DNA from: Octopus vulgaris
Lineage: Eukaryota
Assembly (NCBI GenBank): GCA_951406725.2
Contig: OX597823.1
Coordinates: 106,268,001-106,332,000, forward strand
Direction of reading: 5' to 3'
DNA length: 64,000 nucleotides
The notes under the pieces are model-generated. The model had not been told where the DNA came from and made no database searches. It worked only from the letters and a program-made list of their open reading frames with translations. Of the stretch, positions 13,119-25,899 are shown piece by piece (positions within the stretch are counted from its first letter, which is position 1; each line of letters opens with the position of its first letter). The translations under genes and the position numbers were made by a program.

Positions 13119-13503
13119 CTTTACTCTTTTACTCTTTTACTTGTTTCAGTCATTTGACTGGAGCACCGCCTTTAGTCGAGCAAATCGACCCCAGGACTTC
13201 TTTGTAAGCCCAGTACTTATTCTATCGGTCTCTTTTGCCGAACCGCTAAGTTACGGGGACGTAAACACACCAGCATCGGTTGTCAAGCGATGTTAGGGGG
13301 ACAAACATACACACACACACACATATATATACATATATACGACGGGATTCTTTCAGTTTCCGTCTACCAAATCCACTCACAAGGCTTTGGTCGGCCCGAG
13401 GCTATAGTAGAAGACACTTGCCCAAGGAGCCACGCAGTGACACAGAACCCGGAACCATGTAGTTCGTAAGCAAGCTACTTACAACACACCCACTCCTATG
13501 CCT
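13119..13503 (-). mobile_element. SINE group A, near full length
   Basis: Reverse complement of the group A consensus from the (ctttta)n tail to ccactcctatgcct. Confidence 0.92.
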
Positions 13504-13544
13504 GGTTAGAATTTTTTTCAACTGGAGATGGCCTAGTGTTAAAT

Positions 13545-13755
13545 ACTGATTTCAAATTTTGGCGCAATGCCAGCAATTACGGAGAGGGAGTAATTCGATT
13601 GTATTGACCCCAGTATTCAACTAGTATTTTTTTTTATTGATCTTGAAAGGATGAAAGGTAAAGTCGACCTCGACGGAATTTGAATGTAAAGGCGGACGAA
13701 ATGCCGCCAAGCATTTTACCCGGTATGCTAACGAATCTGCCAGCTCGACGCCTTA
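13545..13755 (-). mobile_element. SINE group B (tRNA-like head, Meta/MESC-like core cctttcatcctttcggggtcgataaa)
   Basis: gaaaggatgaaaggtaaagtcgacctcgacggaatttgaa...tgctaacgaatctgccagctcg; reverse complement of 15895-16085. The Meta/MESC assignment is from memory of the motif. Confidence 0.85.
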
Positions 13756-13959
13756 GCCGAGTGTTAAATATTAATAAGAAGAATAACATCAACAAAAATT
13801 GCACGACTAGTATTGCTCTCATCACCACTACTACCACAACCATAACTGCTGTCACCACCACTACTTAGACCGCTTCCATCGCCACCATTGTTTGAACGAG
13901 CAACAATAGCAACTCCCCATAAAAATTTGATTCCAAACAGAGAGAGATTTATGCAGCCA

Positions 13960-14130
13960 CCTGATTTAATATAAGTTAAACCACACTTTGGAAAGTAAAG
14001 GACACTTTGAATAATACATTCCTAGATACACAATGTCTAAATAAAAAGTATCAAGTGGTCACTGCTGCAAAGCATCTGCCCATAGGTCTGCTGTACCAAG
14101 GCTGAGCTGGATTTAAATAACAACGCCAGC
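13960..14130 (-). repeat. Unclassified interspersed repeat D (related to 62460-62550)
   Basis: Minus strand cgttgttattta...ccag...gca.a.c...tgacca aligns loosely with 62461-62532. Confidence 0.4.
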
Positions 14131-14489
14131 AACGATAACAACAACAAGGAAACGGAGTTTTAAAATGGCTGCCGAATCCCCAGAAAAAGAAAGCTATTAA
14201 TAATGGCTGCCAAATGCCCAGAGGTAAACAAATCCCTTAAAACGTTTTAATTTAGTAAAAAATAAAATAATGATGTTTCTTTTCTTCTTTTAATCCTCTC
14301 TAGGTATAATATAGCACAAACCCTTAGGTGGTGAGGGCACAATTTAAGGTTTCGTATTCAGACAGTGATCCACGTTAAGGGTCACAGAGAGTCGGTTTCC
14401 AGTTACTTTCTCAAATAACTCAGTGAAGTCGTATGGTAATGAAACACTCGTCACTTATGGTGCCTTAGATTTTCACGATGAGGTAGACA

Positions 14490-14706
<217 letters not shown>

Positions 14707-14767
14707 ATTGCTGCCACCACCATCATCATCACCACTAACACCACCACCACAACCACTACTATTACAT

Positions 14768-14952
14768 AGATTGGCTAAATCGTTAGAGCAATGAACAAAA
14801 TATCTCCCGGCTGTTTACGTTCTAAGTTCAAATCTGGCCGAGGTCAAATTTTGTCTGTCATCCTTTGTAGTAACAGTCAAGTACCGAGCAGCTTCTATCC
14901 ACTAATCTTATTATCTCAAAATTGCTGGCCTTGTGCCTAAATTAGAATCAAA
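14768..14952 (+). mobile_element. SINE group B, diverged
   Basis: ttggctaaatcgttagagc...gttcaaatctggccgaggtc...tcatcctttg...aaaattgctggccttgtgcctaaattagaa. Confidence 0.75.
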
Positions 14953-14954
14953 TC

Positions 14955-15064
14955 TTCATCTTCATCATCATCATCATCATCTTCTTCTTCTTCTTCTTCT
15001 TCTTCTTCTTCTTCTTCTTCTTCTTCTTCTTCTTCTTCTTCTTCTTCTTCTTCTTCTTCTTCTT

Positions 15065-15095
<31 letters not shown>

Positions 15096-15112
15096 TTATT
15101 ATTATTATTATT
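14955..15112. repeat. (CAT)n(CTT)n(ATT)n compound microsatellite
   Basis: Direct reading. Confidence 0.95.
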
Positions 15113-15291
15113 ATGCTTAGCAGTATTTCGCTCGTCGCTACGGTTTGAGTTCATCAAATTCCGCCGAGGTCGATTTTGTCTTTCATCCATTCGGGGTCGA
15201 TAAATTAAGTACCAGTGAAACACTGAGGTTCGATATAATTGACTACTCTCCATCCCGACAAATTTGAGGCCCTATACCTCCGCTAGAAAGG

Positions 15292-15292
<1 letters not shown>
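15113..15292 (+). mobile_element. SINE group B, 5'-truncated, (ATT)n tail to about 15478
   Basis: atgcttagcagtatttcg...aaattccgccgaggtcgattttgtctttcatccattcggggtcgataaattaagtaccag. Confidence 0.85.
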
Positions 15293-15378
<86 letters not shown>

Positions 15379-15381
15379 ATT

Positions 15382-15480
<99 letters not shown>

Positions 15481-15483
15481 ATA

Positions 15484-15798
15484 GGCGCAGGAGTGGCTGT
15501 GTGGTAAGTAGCTTGCTTACCAACCACATGGTTCCGGATTCAGTCCCACTGCGTGGCACCTTGGGCAAGTGTCTTCTACTATAGCCTCGGGCCGACCAAA
15601 GCCTTGTGAGTGGATTTGGTAGACGGAAACTGAAAGAAGCCCGTCGTATATATGCATATATATATATATATGTGTGTGTGTTTGTGTGTCTGTAGTTGTC
15701 CTCCGAACATCGCTTGACAATAAGTCCTGGGGTCGATGTGCTCGACTAAAGGCGGTGCTCCAGCATGGCCGCAGTCAAATGACTGAAACAAGTAAAAA
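15484..15798 (+). mobile_element. SINE group A, young-looking, with internal deletion
   Basis: ggcgcaggagtggctgtgtggtaagtagcttgcttaccaaccacatggttccggattcagtcccactgcgtggcaccttgggcaagtg...; cgcttgacaa joins directly to taagtcctgggg. Confidence 0.92.
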
Positions 15799-15836
15799 AA
15801 ATTATCATCTTCATCATCATCATCATCATCAGTAGC

Positions 15837-15894
<58 letters not shown>

Positions 15895-15895
<1 letters not shown>

Positions 15896-16085
15896 CGGTG
15901 AGCTGGCAGAATCGTTAGCACACCGGACAAAATGCTTTTCGGCGTTCCGTTTGACTTTAGCTTCTGAGTTCAAATTCCGCCTTTCATCCTTTCGGGGTCG
16001 ACAAAATTAAGTACCAGTTGACTACTGGGGACGATGTAATCCCTTAGCTTTCACCCGAAACTGCTGCTAAAATTTGAAACCCTTA
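15895..16085 (+). mobile_element. SINE group B
   Basis: gcggtgagctggcagaatcgttagcacaccgg...ttctgagttcaaattccgcctttcatcctttcggggtcga...aaatttgaaacc. Confidence 0.88.
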
Positions 16086-16170
16086 TTTCTATCACTATTG
16101 ATGTTGTTGTTGTTGCTGCTAAATTATTGTTGTTAATGTTATATGAGCATGTGTAGTTTGTGTGTGTGTG

Positions 16171-16202
<32 letters not shown>

Positions 16203-16585
16203 AACTAGTGTATGTGCATGTGTTTGTATGACTATGTATGACTACATATACAGGCACACACACGCAAAAGTAAACTCACAAATCAGAATGAAACATTCAC
16301 GGAGAATTAGAAGGGAAGAGAGAAAGAGAGAGAGCGAGAGCGAGAGAGAAAGAGAGCGAGAGAGAGGGAGAGACAACGAAGGAGTGAGGAAGAGAGATGG
16401 GGAGACTCAGACATCAATTTGTTTATATATACACATGATATGTTTCTTTATCGATCATATCGTTTTGTTTTGGGGGGGGGGGGGGGGGATAAAATGGCAC
16501 CCTTCGCACGCACATATGCGTCTCTCTCTTTATATATATATGCGTACGTGTGTGTACACACGTGTGTGTACACACACACACACAC

Positions 16586-16618
<33 letters not shown>

Positions 16619-17656
16619 TATAGGTGTATGTATGTGTGTTTGTGCGTGCGTGCGCCTCTGGGTAAATATGTATATTTGTATATGTATTTGTTAAAACACA
16701 TTTAGATATTTAGAACAGTACGGTCGAATTTAAACACATTGCGATATGGACACACACGTACAGAACTACTCACAGGCGCGCGTACACACAGACACACACA
16801 CACACGCGCGCGCACACACATACGTGTACTCAGAGGAGTCAGAAGAGTCTAGAAATTGGAAAAAATAGAGAAGCCAAGTCGTATATGTCATATATGTGTG
16901 TCTGTTTGTGTGTATATGCGTATATATATATATAAGGAGAGCGAAAGAGAGAACGAGTGGGACTGTGTGTGGAGAAGAAAGTGCGAAGTACGGTGAGGTA
17001 AGGTGAAGCCTTGATGTTAGGTGATGTGTGGAGACCAGGGAGTGATAAATATAAGCATTGAAGAGCGTGGTGGAGCTGGGAGCGAGTGTAAATTTGCATC
17101 CAATGAAAAAGAGACGAAGGTTGTCTATGATACTGTTCCATTCACCATTGATCCATCGGACTGCCGGAGTTTTCTGTTAAAAGGCAGACGATATCTAACT
17201 GAGATTACTACAGAGGAAATTAAACAGAATGCTGACGACCAAAATAGACTGAGCAATCTTTGCGATTCATTTTGTACATCTTCCTTCTTCAAACGTTGGC
17301 CGGTGCTAGATTTACTGCACGCATGCGCACACAAACAAAAACAGCGCACACCTGTATAGACATAAAGACAAATGAACGTGCGAATAGTTCATACATACGC
17401 GCCAGCACACTCACATGCACGTACATACACACACGCATACAAACACACACCCGTACACACGTACACATTTATATAATTATATATGTATGTGTATGCCAGT
17501 ATTTATAAGAGCAGGTATATTCACTTAAATAGGGTACCGAGTTCGATCACAAATCGCAGCGCCTTCACCAAATGTCAAGTGTCGTGTATATTGACTAAGT
17601 TCTTGTGAGCAGCAGCTGATAAGATAACACAGCAAAAAAAAATGTCATATGAGTGT

Positions 17657-17721
<65 letters not shown>

Positions 17722-17722
17722 C

Positions 17723-17768
<46 letters not shown>

Positions 17769-17779
17769 GCGGTGTTCAT

Positions 17780-17943
17780 GGCGCAGGCGTGGTTGTGTGG
17801 AAGCTCGCTTCCCAACCGCATGGTTCTTGGTTCAAACCCACTGCATGATACCTTGGGCAGGTGTCTTCTGCTAAGACCTCAGGTCAATCAAAGCCTTGTG
17901 AGTAGATTTAGTAGACGGAAACTGAAAGAAGCCTATCGTATAT

Positions 17944-17985
<42 letters not shown>

Positions 17986-18178
17986 AGTGTCTTTGATCTA
18001 TGTATGTCTCCCCATCACCGCTAGACAACCGGTGATGGTATGTTTCCATTCCCCCGAAACATAGCGGTTCGGCCAAAGAGACCGATAGAGTAATCACTAG
18101 GCTTAAGAAATAAGTCCTGGGTTCGAGTTGTTTGACTAAACGCTTTCAAGACGGTACTGCAGCATGACTGAAACAAGG
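17780..18178 (+). mobile_element. SINE group A, full length, diverged
   Basis: Colinear with group A including the internal (TA)n(TG)n. Confidence 0.88.
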
Positions 18179-18358
18179 GAGTATATATATATATATATAT
18201 ATACATATTACGAAGTTATTCTTCCGTTGTTATACCGTTGGCGATTTTTATAATTACCCCATGGATTCCTTATGGATCTTTCCATTTCCTAAAATTCCTG
18301 GAAGAGCTCCACTCAAACTTAAGTACCATATTCATTTGAATCTAAATTTTGCTGAACT

Positions 18359-18405
<47 letters not shown>

Positions 18406-18790
18406 CTCTTTGTCTATCTCTGCCTTCTTCTTTCTGATGAAATCTATATATATATATGTATATACATAACACCGAGTTATTTACCTCAACTTTGGTACAC
18501 AGAAACAGCTGTAAACTCACTCCTACCCTCGCCTAGCTTAATTAATTAGATAATGGCTTTTTAGCACAACAAACACACTTCTCTTTGTTGTTTTTCCTCC
18601 ATTTTCTTATCCTCTAAATATATATATATACATTAAACTACGGTTTCCCTCTTAAATTACCTACTGTCGTATACCTTATACTAAGGGCCAGACTTACTGA
18701 GGTAATTACCAAGAGGGCTTCCGGATACTTCTATCCCTTAGAGGGTTTAACATCTCCAACTTATACCTTACATAACACACACATACACAG

Positions 18791-18821
<31 letters not shown>

Positions 18822-19500
18822 TACATACAAACATACATACATCCATCCATACATACATACACGCACACGTATGTATATATACTTATATATACAGACAGAC
18901 GTGAACTGGAATGACAAGTCGACATTCCGTAGTATTTTCTGCACGTTGGTGTCATATACCTGCCAATACTAAATATATGCAGATATCGTAAAGTCTATCT
19001 TCTGATTGGAAGACGGTCAGTGAATTTATTCCTTCGTTAATTAAAATTTCACACAATCATGTATTTAAAATACCATTGAATTCTCAGAATAATATCTTCA
19101 TCAGAGTAATGACGGTGCGAATTTATTTTCCAGTAATTGGAAAATCTACTGCATGAATATGCATGGCACCGTATTTAATTTTTTCCAACTTTAACTTCAC
19201 AATTTACAAAACAAGTATGATTGTAAACACAATGAATTCACATAAGTTTGGCCACTAGAAAAAGCGCTCTCTTTATAGCAAGGATTGCTAAAAGGGTCAC
19301 CGTCGTACACTGGGTATCACGACTGTATTTGGTATGCCGCAAAATTAATGAAATTAGATACAAAACAAGAAATGACAAACTGAAATTTTAAAATGAATTC
19401 TAGATAAGTATGAATTATTTCTCAAATAAAGAAATAATATTTCGTTTTTGGATTTGGTTTGCAAGCTTCTTTATATGAGTTCGTGTGTTGAAGCATATTC

Positions 19501-19755
19501 TGTTGTGTCTGGGGAGAGTCATTCTCTTTTAGTGCCTTATTATTTAACACACTCACTGGTAAAATTTCCCCTTATTTCTTATGTTTTATTTTCTAAAATT
19601 TTCGTTGCGTCTTGCAACCTTTTCAATAGTCTTGACTCTTGCAAGGCGCAACGAAAATTTTAGAAAATAAAACATAAGAAATAAGGGGAAATTTTACCGG
19701 TGAGTGTGTTAAATAATAAGGCAATAAAAGAGAATGACTCTCCCCAGACACAACA
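19501..19755. repeat. Long near-perfect inverted repeat (arms about 117 bp, 21-bp spacer), probably an inverted Penelope-like end
   Basis: tgttgtgtctggggagagtcattctc...ttttcgttgcgtcttgcaa / ttgcaaggcgcaacgaaaa...gagaatgactctccccagacacaaca, only a few mismatches. Confidence 0.93.
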
Positions 19756-19835
19756 AACAAATAATAATTTTACTAAAATATAGATTATTTATATTTATAG
19801 GCTAAAATACACAAATAATATTTGAATTAAGTTTA

Positions 19836-20220
19836 CATGGTAATTAGCTTGCTTACTAACCACATGGTTCCGGGTTCAGTCCCACTGCGTGGGACATTGG
19901 GCAAGCGTCTTCTGCTATAGCCTCGTGCTGACCAAAGCCTTGTGGGTGGATTTGGTAGACGGATGCTAAAAGAAGCCCGTCGTATGTGTATGTATATATA
20001 TATATATATATATGTATGTGTGAGTATATGTTTCTGTGACTGTGTTTGTCCCCCCACCATCGCTTGACAACCGATGCTGGTGTTTACGTCCCTGTAACTT
20101 AGCGGTTTGGCAAAGAAGACCGATAGAACAAGTAGTAGGCTTACAAATAATAATTTGTTCGACTAAAGGCGGTGCTCTAGCATGGCCGCAGTCAAATGAC
20201 TGAAACAAGTAAAAGAGTAA
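19836..20220 (+). mobile_element. SINE group A, near full length
   Basis: tggtaattagcttgcttactaaccacatggttccgggttcagtcccactgcg ... gactgaaacaagtaaaagagtaa. Confidence 0.92.
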
Positions 20221-20245
20221 TATAATATATATATATATATATATA

Positions 20246-20279
<34 letters not shown>

Positions 20280-20335
20280 AAAGTGTACATACGCCGCTAT
20301 ATATACATACATACATACATACATACATACATACA

Positions 20336-20409
<74 letters not shown>

Positions 20410-20414
<5 letters not shown>

Positions 20415-20919
20415 AGCTAAGCAATTAAGGGTTTAGCAACGAATTGCCTCACCACACACCGAATTTAGAAATAGCAGTCAAAGAGTTATAGCTATTCTTT
20501 CTACTAAAAGGGAGATCTCAGTAAAAACACAGCACTTGAAAGGCAAACACAGACAGGTAAGAGAGAATGAAATGACGGCAATCTATCATACAATTTTAAG
20601 TCACCTACGGACGTACGTTTCGAAATTAAGTTTTAGGAAAGCATAAGAATTAGATAATTATATCTTACCCAACTTCTTTTCTCATCAGCGTAGGACACTA
20701 CAATTATGAATAATTGTATATTAAATTTCGAGATACTAGAAGGCATCATCTCAACTCAGTATCAGAGCGAGCTAAAGCCGTTACCAGTACCACCAAATTC
20801 AAAGTGTGAAATTGCTTAGTATTACTTAAATTTTCCTCGAATGAGGCTTTTACATGCCGAAATCTACTTGGTGTAATTAATAATTATTCCAAATTAATTA
20901 ATTTCACCCTATATTGTTA

Positions 20920-20920
<1 letters not shown>
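20410..20920 (-). mobile_element. Penelope/retrozyme-like element embedded in (TA)n, carrying a hammerhead
   Basis: Unique block of about 500 bp flanked by (TA)n on both sides; contains the complete hammerhead and a degenerate opposite-strand motif gaatgaggc-ttttacat-gccgaaa at about 20839-20862. Confidence 0.55.
20604..20694 (-). ncRNA. Type I hammerhead ribozyme (minimal, palindromic stem III)
   Basis: Minus strand: cctacg CTGATGA gaaaagaagtt...aacttaatttc GAAAC gtac GTC cgtagg. Perfect 6-bp stem I, intact CUGAUGA and GAAA core, stem II closed by G-C, GUC cleavage triplet. Confidence 0.85.
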
Positions 20921-20964
<44 letters not shown>

Positions 20965-20972
<8 letters not shown>

Positions 20973-21200
20973 CAAAATGGGACAAGAACGCAAAACATCC
21001 GGACAACTAGATGATACAAAAAGGGACAACAGAACATCCAGATAGACGATACAAAAAAAACAAGGACGGGTCATTCGAAGCCTTTTATCCTCAATCAAGA
21101 ACCGGATCATCCTTGCAATTTTGGCTGATTAATCTTGAGATTGCTCCAATCTGGCCAGCTCCAAGGAAAAACTAAGCTAAAAGCATTAGATTCCTTGGAA
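20965..21200 (-). mobile_element. Penelope-like short fragment (homologous to 57308-57458)
   Basis: caagaaccggatcatcc...ggctgattaatcttgagatt is the reverse complement of aatctcaagattaatcagcc...gatgatccggttcttga at about 57313-57359. Confidence 0.7.
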
Positions 21201-21254
21201 TTATGAAACTATGGCTAGGGAAGTACTTTGATTTCGTGTTTTTGATATAAGCGC

Positions 21255-21295
<41 letters not shown>

Positions 21296-21428
21296 TGTGC
21301 GTGTGTATGTGTATGTGTGTGTATGTGTGTGTGTGTGTGTGTGTATGCATGTATGTATGCATGTATATAAATTAGTAACGTAGCTATTCACAATTTACAA
21401 CTGAAAAGCAACAAGTATAGTCGTCACA

Positions 21429-21462
<34 letters not shown>

Positions 21463-22074
21463 ATAATATATATATATATATATATATGTATGTAGAGAGA
21501 GAGAGAGAGAGAGAGAAAGTGTGTCTATTTGTGTATGTGTGTGGGGGTGGAGAAAGAGGGATAGACAGATAGATATATAGAGTTATATTACACACACACA
21601 CGATATATATATATATATAGGCAGAGAACACAGAAAGAGAAAGAGAGAGAGATAACCAGATTTACCTAGATAAGACGATCGATCAATCGATTGATAGATA
21701 TGTATACACAAACTTAATATATCATTTTACCTCATATAATTCGGAACAAGTTTAGACTTAATATATTAAGCATTGTAATGAGATAGTGGTTTCTAGATAT
21801 TAAATAAAGCTACAATACAGGCGTTGAATTGAATAATATTGTTAGATTAGGATTTGATGTACATTAACAACGATTAGTTTAACTCGTTGTATATATATAT
21901 TAGTGAGTATTCTGAGGGTGAAAGCCATTATTTGAACGAGAATACTGAAATGTATTTTACAATGCTGGATAGAGAGATTTTTTATTTTCTAGATATGTAG
22001 ATATATGCGTATGGGCGATGCGTTCTAATAAACTCAGCGGTCACTAGATATATGGAATGGAGTTCCTATGTTGC

Positions 22075-22360
22075 TGTCTTTCAACGGTTCAAGATGTAAT
22101 GTCGTTTCCAGCAGTTGAAACTTTAATGGCATTTTCTGTAACTCAAACCACAAACTTCTTTATTTTCAAAAATTGGCTGAAGCTGTTAAATCGTTTTCAG
22201 CGATTTAAGCTGTGAAGATCTTTTCAGTGGCTCAAGTTGTAAAATCTCCTCAGTGACCCAAGCTACAAAGATGATTCCTGTGGATCAAACTATGAGCTCA
22301 TATACAGTGGCTCAAGTTGTAATGTTTTTTGAGTGGTTTAAGCTCTTAAGATATTGAAGT
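22075..22360. repeat. Degenerate minisatellite, period about 26 bp
   Basis: Units such as ttttcagtggctcaagttgtaaaatc / tcctcagtgacccaagctacaaagatg / atatacagtggctcaagttgtaatgt / ttttgagtggtttaagctcttaagat. Confidence 0.7.
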
Positions 22361-22649
22361 GAAAACGTTTAGCCTAAAAGATCAAGTGGTAAGTAATGTT
22401 AGCTTAAATATAGTGGAATGCATAACAATTTTAGGCTTCAGATAACAAAAGAAAGCAAACAGTGAGACATATATATTTGTGTGTGTCCATTTATGTAAGT
22501 GATGTGCATGAGGAAAGAGGAAAAAGAGAGGCTGACAAAAAACAAAAAAAAGCAAGAGCGTGTTGAAATCTTGGATATATATATTTATACACATACAAAC
22601 ACGTGCACATATTTCTTTATTGATTGAGGAGATGACGTAGGTGACTAAA

Positions 22650-22820
22650 GGACCTAGAGTAAGAGATTAATCGACTCCCGTAATGGATTGGGTCTTTATC
22701 TATCGACCCCGAAAAAACGCCTGGTGAAGTTAATTGCTGCGAGATTTGAACGGAGAGTACGAACAGCCTGTATACAATTAGTTCATAGTATCTTAACTGA
22801 CGCTCTAGCGACTATGCCAA
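22650..22820 (-). mobile_element. SINE group B, heavily decayed
   Basis: tatcgaccccgaaaaaacg...gagatttgaac...ctagcgactatgcca. Confidence 0.5.
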
Positions 22821-23828
22821 CAAAAAGTGGAACCAGTAATCGATAAGCTTTTAGAATTTTGTTTCGTTTTGTTACCTCGTTTCAGATCCAGGCATACTCT
22901 ACCTTTCTACCTTCCTTACGAGGTCAATAAAATAAGGATTTGAGAGCGTGTGGTAGTGTGAAGTTTCAAAGGTAGTCAAGAGAAAAGTATATATATTTTT
23001 GGACTATGTTTCTTCATCTGAAAGAAATAAAAGCTCGAGGAAAAACAGAGAGAAGAGGTGGGTAGTGAGAAACTGAACACAAAAAAAAAGGAAAAAAAAA
23101 AAAGATAAAGTTATCAAGAAAAAGAAAGAAAATGTGTCTTTAATCTGAAGGCGAGGTTTCTGTCTTATGAAGTGTCATCAGAAAGAACAAGGTGGTTATG
23201 TATGACGAAAGAACTTTGACAGACGTATAAACAAAATAAAATTTAAAAAATAATACGAATAAGAATTAAAGTGAAGATCGAATAAATAGTGTTTGTTTAA
23301 TTGGCAAAATTAAAAAATGACCATCCCCATGCATAGCAATATCTATTTATATGCTGGAGTAAAAATGTGTCTGCTTTTATAAAGGTAAGCTAGAAGATGA
23401 AGTGACTGAATGTAGGGTTTATTTCTAAGTGCTAATGCATGTATGCTGGGTATGCAAGTGTGTCTGGGTGCGGATGCACACGTTTGAAAGTGTGCATGAG
23501 CGTAGCTGCATAGAATGCTTGTGTTGAGGTGCAGATATATTTATGTTGTGTATGTGTATGGAAATCATATGGCATTCTATGCCTAGGTGCATGCGTATTT
23601 GTGAGGCTCGTATATACATGCGCGCGCATATGTGAGTGCAAGCATATGTGTTCGCGTGTCTATAATCGTGCATGTGTGTGTGCTTACGTATTAAGAATGT
23701 TGATGTGTCTATCTGTTTACTATTGCTGTGTGTGTCTTATGTTTGTGTATCTGGTTGGTCGGGGCGTTTTCGGTGTAGGTGTGTGTATTGGTTAATTTCG
23801 GAAGAATATACTATGCGTTTCTGCTTTA

Positions 23829-23915
<87 letters not shown>

Positions 23916-24251
23916 TGCGCACAATCTGCAAGAAAGTTTTTTTCTGGAGGCAGAAGTCAAAATGAAAATTGAGACTAATCTGATAATAAAAAAAGCCCCC
24001 AAAATGTAGGCAGAGTGGCTGGACGCCATCTTAGGAAGGAGGCTGAAGAAGTCAAAAATTAGCTTTAGGTAAGTGGATATTGGAGGCAAGAGACAAGGAT
24101 GTGCATGTGTATGTGGTACTGGACATTAGAGAAGATGGATAGTATGGGCAGGGGTATGTGTATATATGGATAAAGATAATTACAACAATAGGGAGAACAA
24201 TAATGAAAATATAAAAAACAACAATAACAGTGGTATTTATCAAGTTTACAT

Positions 24252-24458
24252 ATTTCGGCGCAAGGCCGGCAAGGGCGGGGGAGGCGGTAAATTCATTGCA
24301 TCGACCCCAATACAGAAATGGTACTTATTTTATCGATATCGAAAGGATGAAAGGCAAAGTCGTCCTCGGCGAATTTTGAACTCAGAACATAAAGACAGAC
24401 GAAATGCTGCTCAGCATTTCGCCCGGCGTGCTAACGATTCTGCCAGCTCGCTGCCTTA
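24252..24458 (-). mobile_element. SINE group B
   Basis: cgaaaggatgaaaggcaaagtcgtcctcggcgaattttgaactcagaac...cgtgctaacgattctgccagctcgctgcctt. Confidence 0.9.
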
Positions 24459-24459
24459 A

Positions 24460-24578
<119 letters not shown>

Positions 24579-24582
24579 TGAA

Positions 24583-24647
<65 letters not shown>

Positions 24648-24714
24648 TAATAATAATGAAAATAATAATAATAATTATGATAATGATGATAATAATAATA
24701 ATAATAATAATGAA

Positions 24715-24776
<62 letters not shown>

Positions 24777-24804
24777 TAATAATAATAATAATAATAATGA
24801 TGAA

Positions 24805-24893
<89 letters not shown>

Positions 24894-24895
<2 letters not shown>

Positions 24896-25450
24896 GCCCT
24901 GATGCAGTACCAGGCAGTGGCTCTCATGGCTTCTGATCTTAACTGATTGGAAGTGTTATCATGTACATTGTTTTGTCTTGGTATATAAAAGATGGGCTAC
25001 AGCAAATATTCTGCTCAATACCACAGATTTGCTTGTCAGTTGTTTGACCTTAACCAGTTGAGCATGTCCCTTAGTGGCTGATGATATGTGCATCTCTGAT
25101 CACGAGCAGAAGTAGTGGGGAGCGTCATAGCCATGTGTTGAGAGGGATTCTTTGGGGTTTGAATAGTTCACCTCTGGAAACATGGGTGGTTCTTTCAACA
25201 TCCTTAAACAGCCCTTATTCAGGGACCGTTTGAGCGGGATGGGCTACTCAACCTGAAGAACATTCTAACTGGGCCCCACCTGCAAGGTCATGTGCTGTTT
25301 ATCTTGATATGAGATCACCATGTCGCGCACATATGGTTGTGATGCATGTGCCTGGTGTACCTTTATCAGACGGGTAGTCATGATGGGTATATTGGGCTTC
25401 GTATATGTTACCCCAGTGTCACTTTGATGGCATGAACTGCTCTCTCACTC
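24894..25450 (+). mobile_element. 5'-truncated 3' end of a non-LTR retrotransposon inserted in (TAA)n (Dong/R4-like by target)
   Basis: 557-bp complex sequence flanked both sides by (TAA)n; its last 28 bp recur at 25765-25792 with the same junction; no coding motif seen, so the clade is inferred. Confidence 0.7.
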
Positions 25451-25485
<35 letters not shown>

Positions 25486-25486
25486 A

Positions 25487-25539
<53 letters not shown>

Positions 25540-25626
25540 TGAAAATAATAATAATAATTATGATAATGATGATGATAATAATAATAATAATAATTATTAT
25601 TATTATTATTATTATTATGATAATGA

Positions 25627-25729
<103 letters not shown>

Positions 25730-25764
25730 AAATAATAATAATAATAATGAAAATAATAATAATA

Positions 25765-25792
25765 TTTGATGGCATGAATTGCTCTCTCACTC
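25765..25792 (+). mobile_element. 28-bp 3'-terminal stub of the same (TAA)n-inserted element
   Basis: tttgatggcatgaattgctctctcactc vs tttgatggcatgaactgctctctcactc (27/28), both followed by aataataat. Confidence 0.8.
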
Positions 25793-25864
<72 letters not shown>

Positions 25865-25899
25865 TATGATAATGATGATAATAATAATAATAATAATGA

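Noticed and set aside
16472-16488. Poly-G run (another near 10287-10298) as a G-quadruplex element
   Set aside because: Simple homopolymer with no supporting context, and its length is error-prone in assemblies.
18434-18513. CTGATGA ... GAAACAGCTGTA hammerhead-like halves
   Set aside because: Separated by a (TA)n run with no pairing stem I or II; likely two fragments of decayed Penelope-like ends.
22075-22360. CRISPR-like appearance of the periodic repeat
   Set aside because: Eukaryotic context, units are degenerate and lack unique 30-40 bp spacers, no cas genes.
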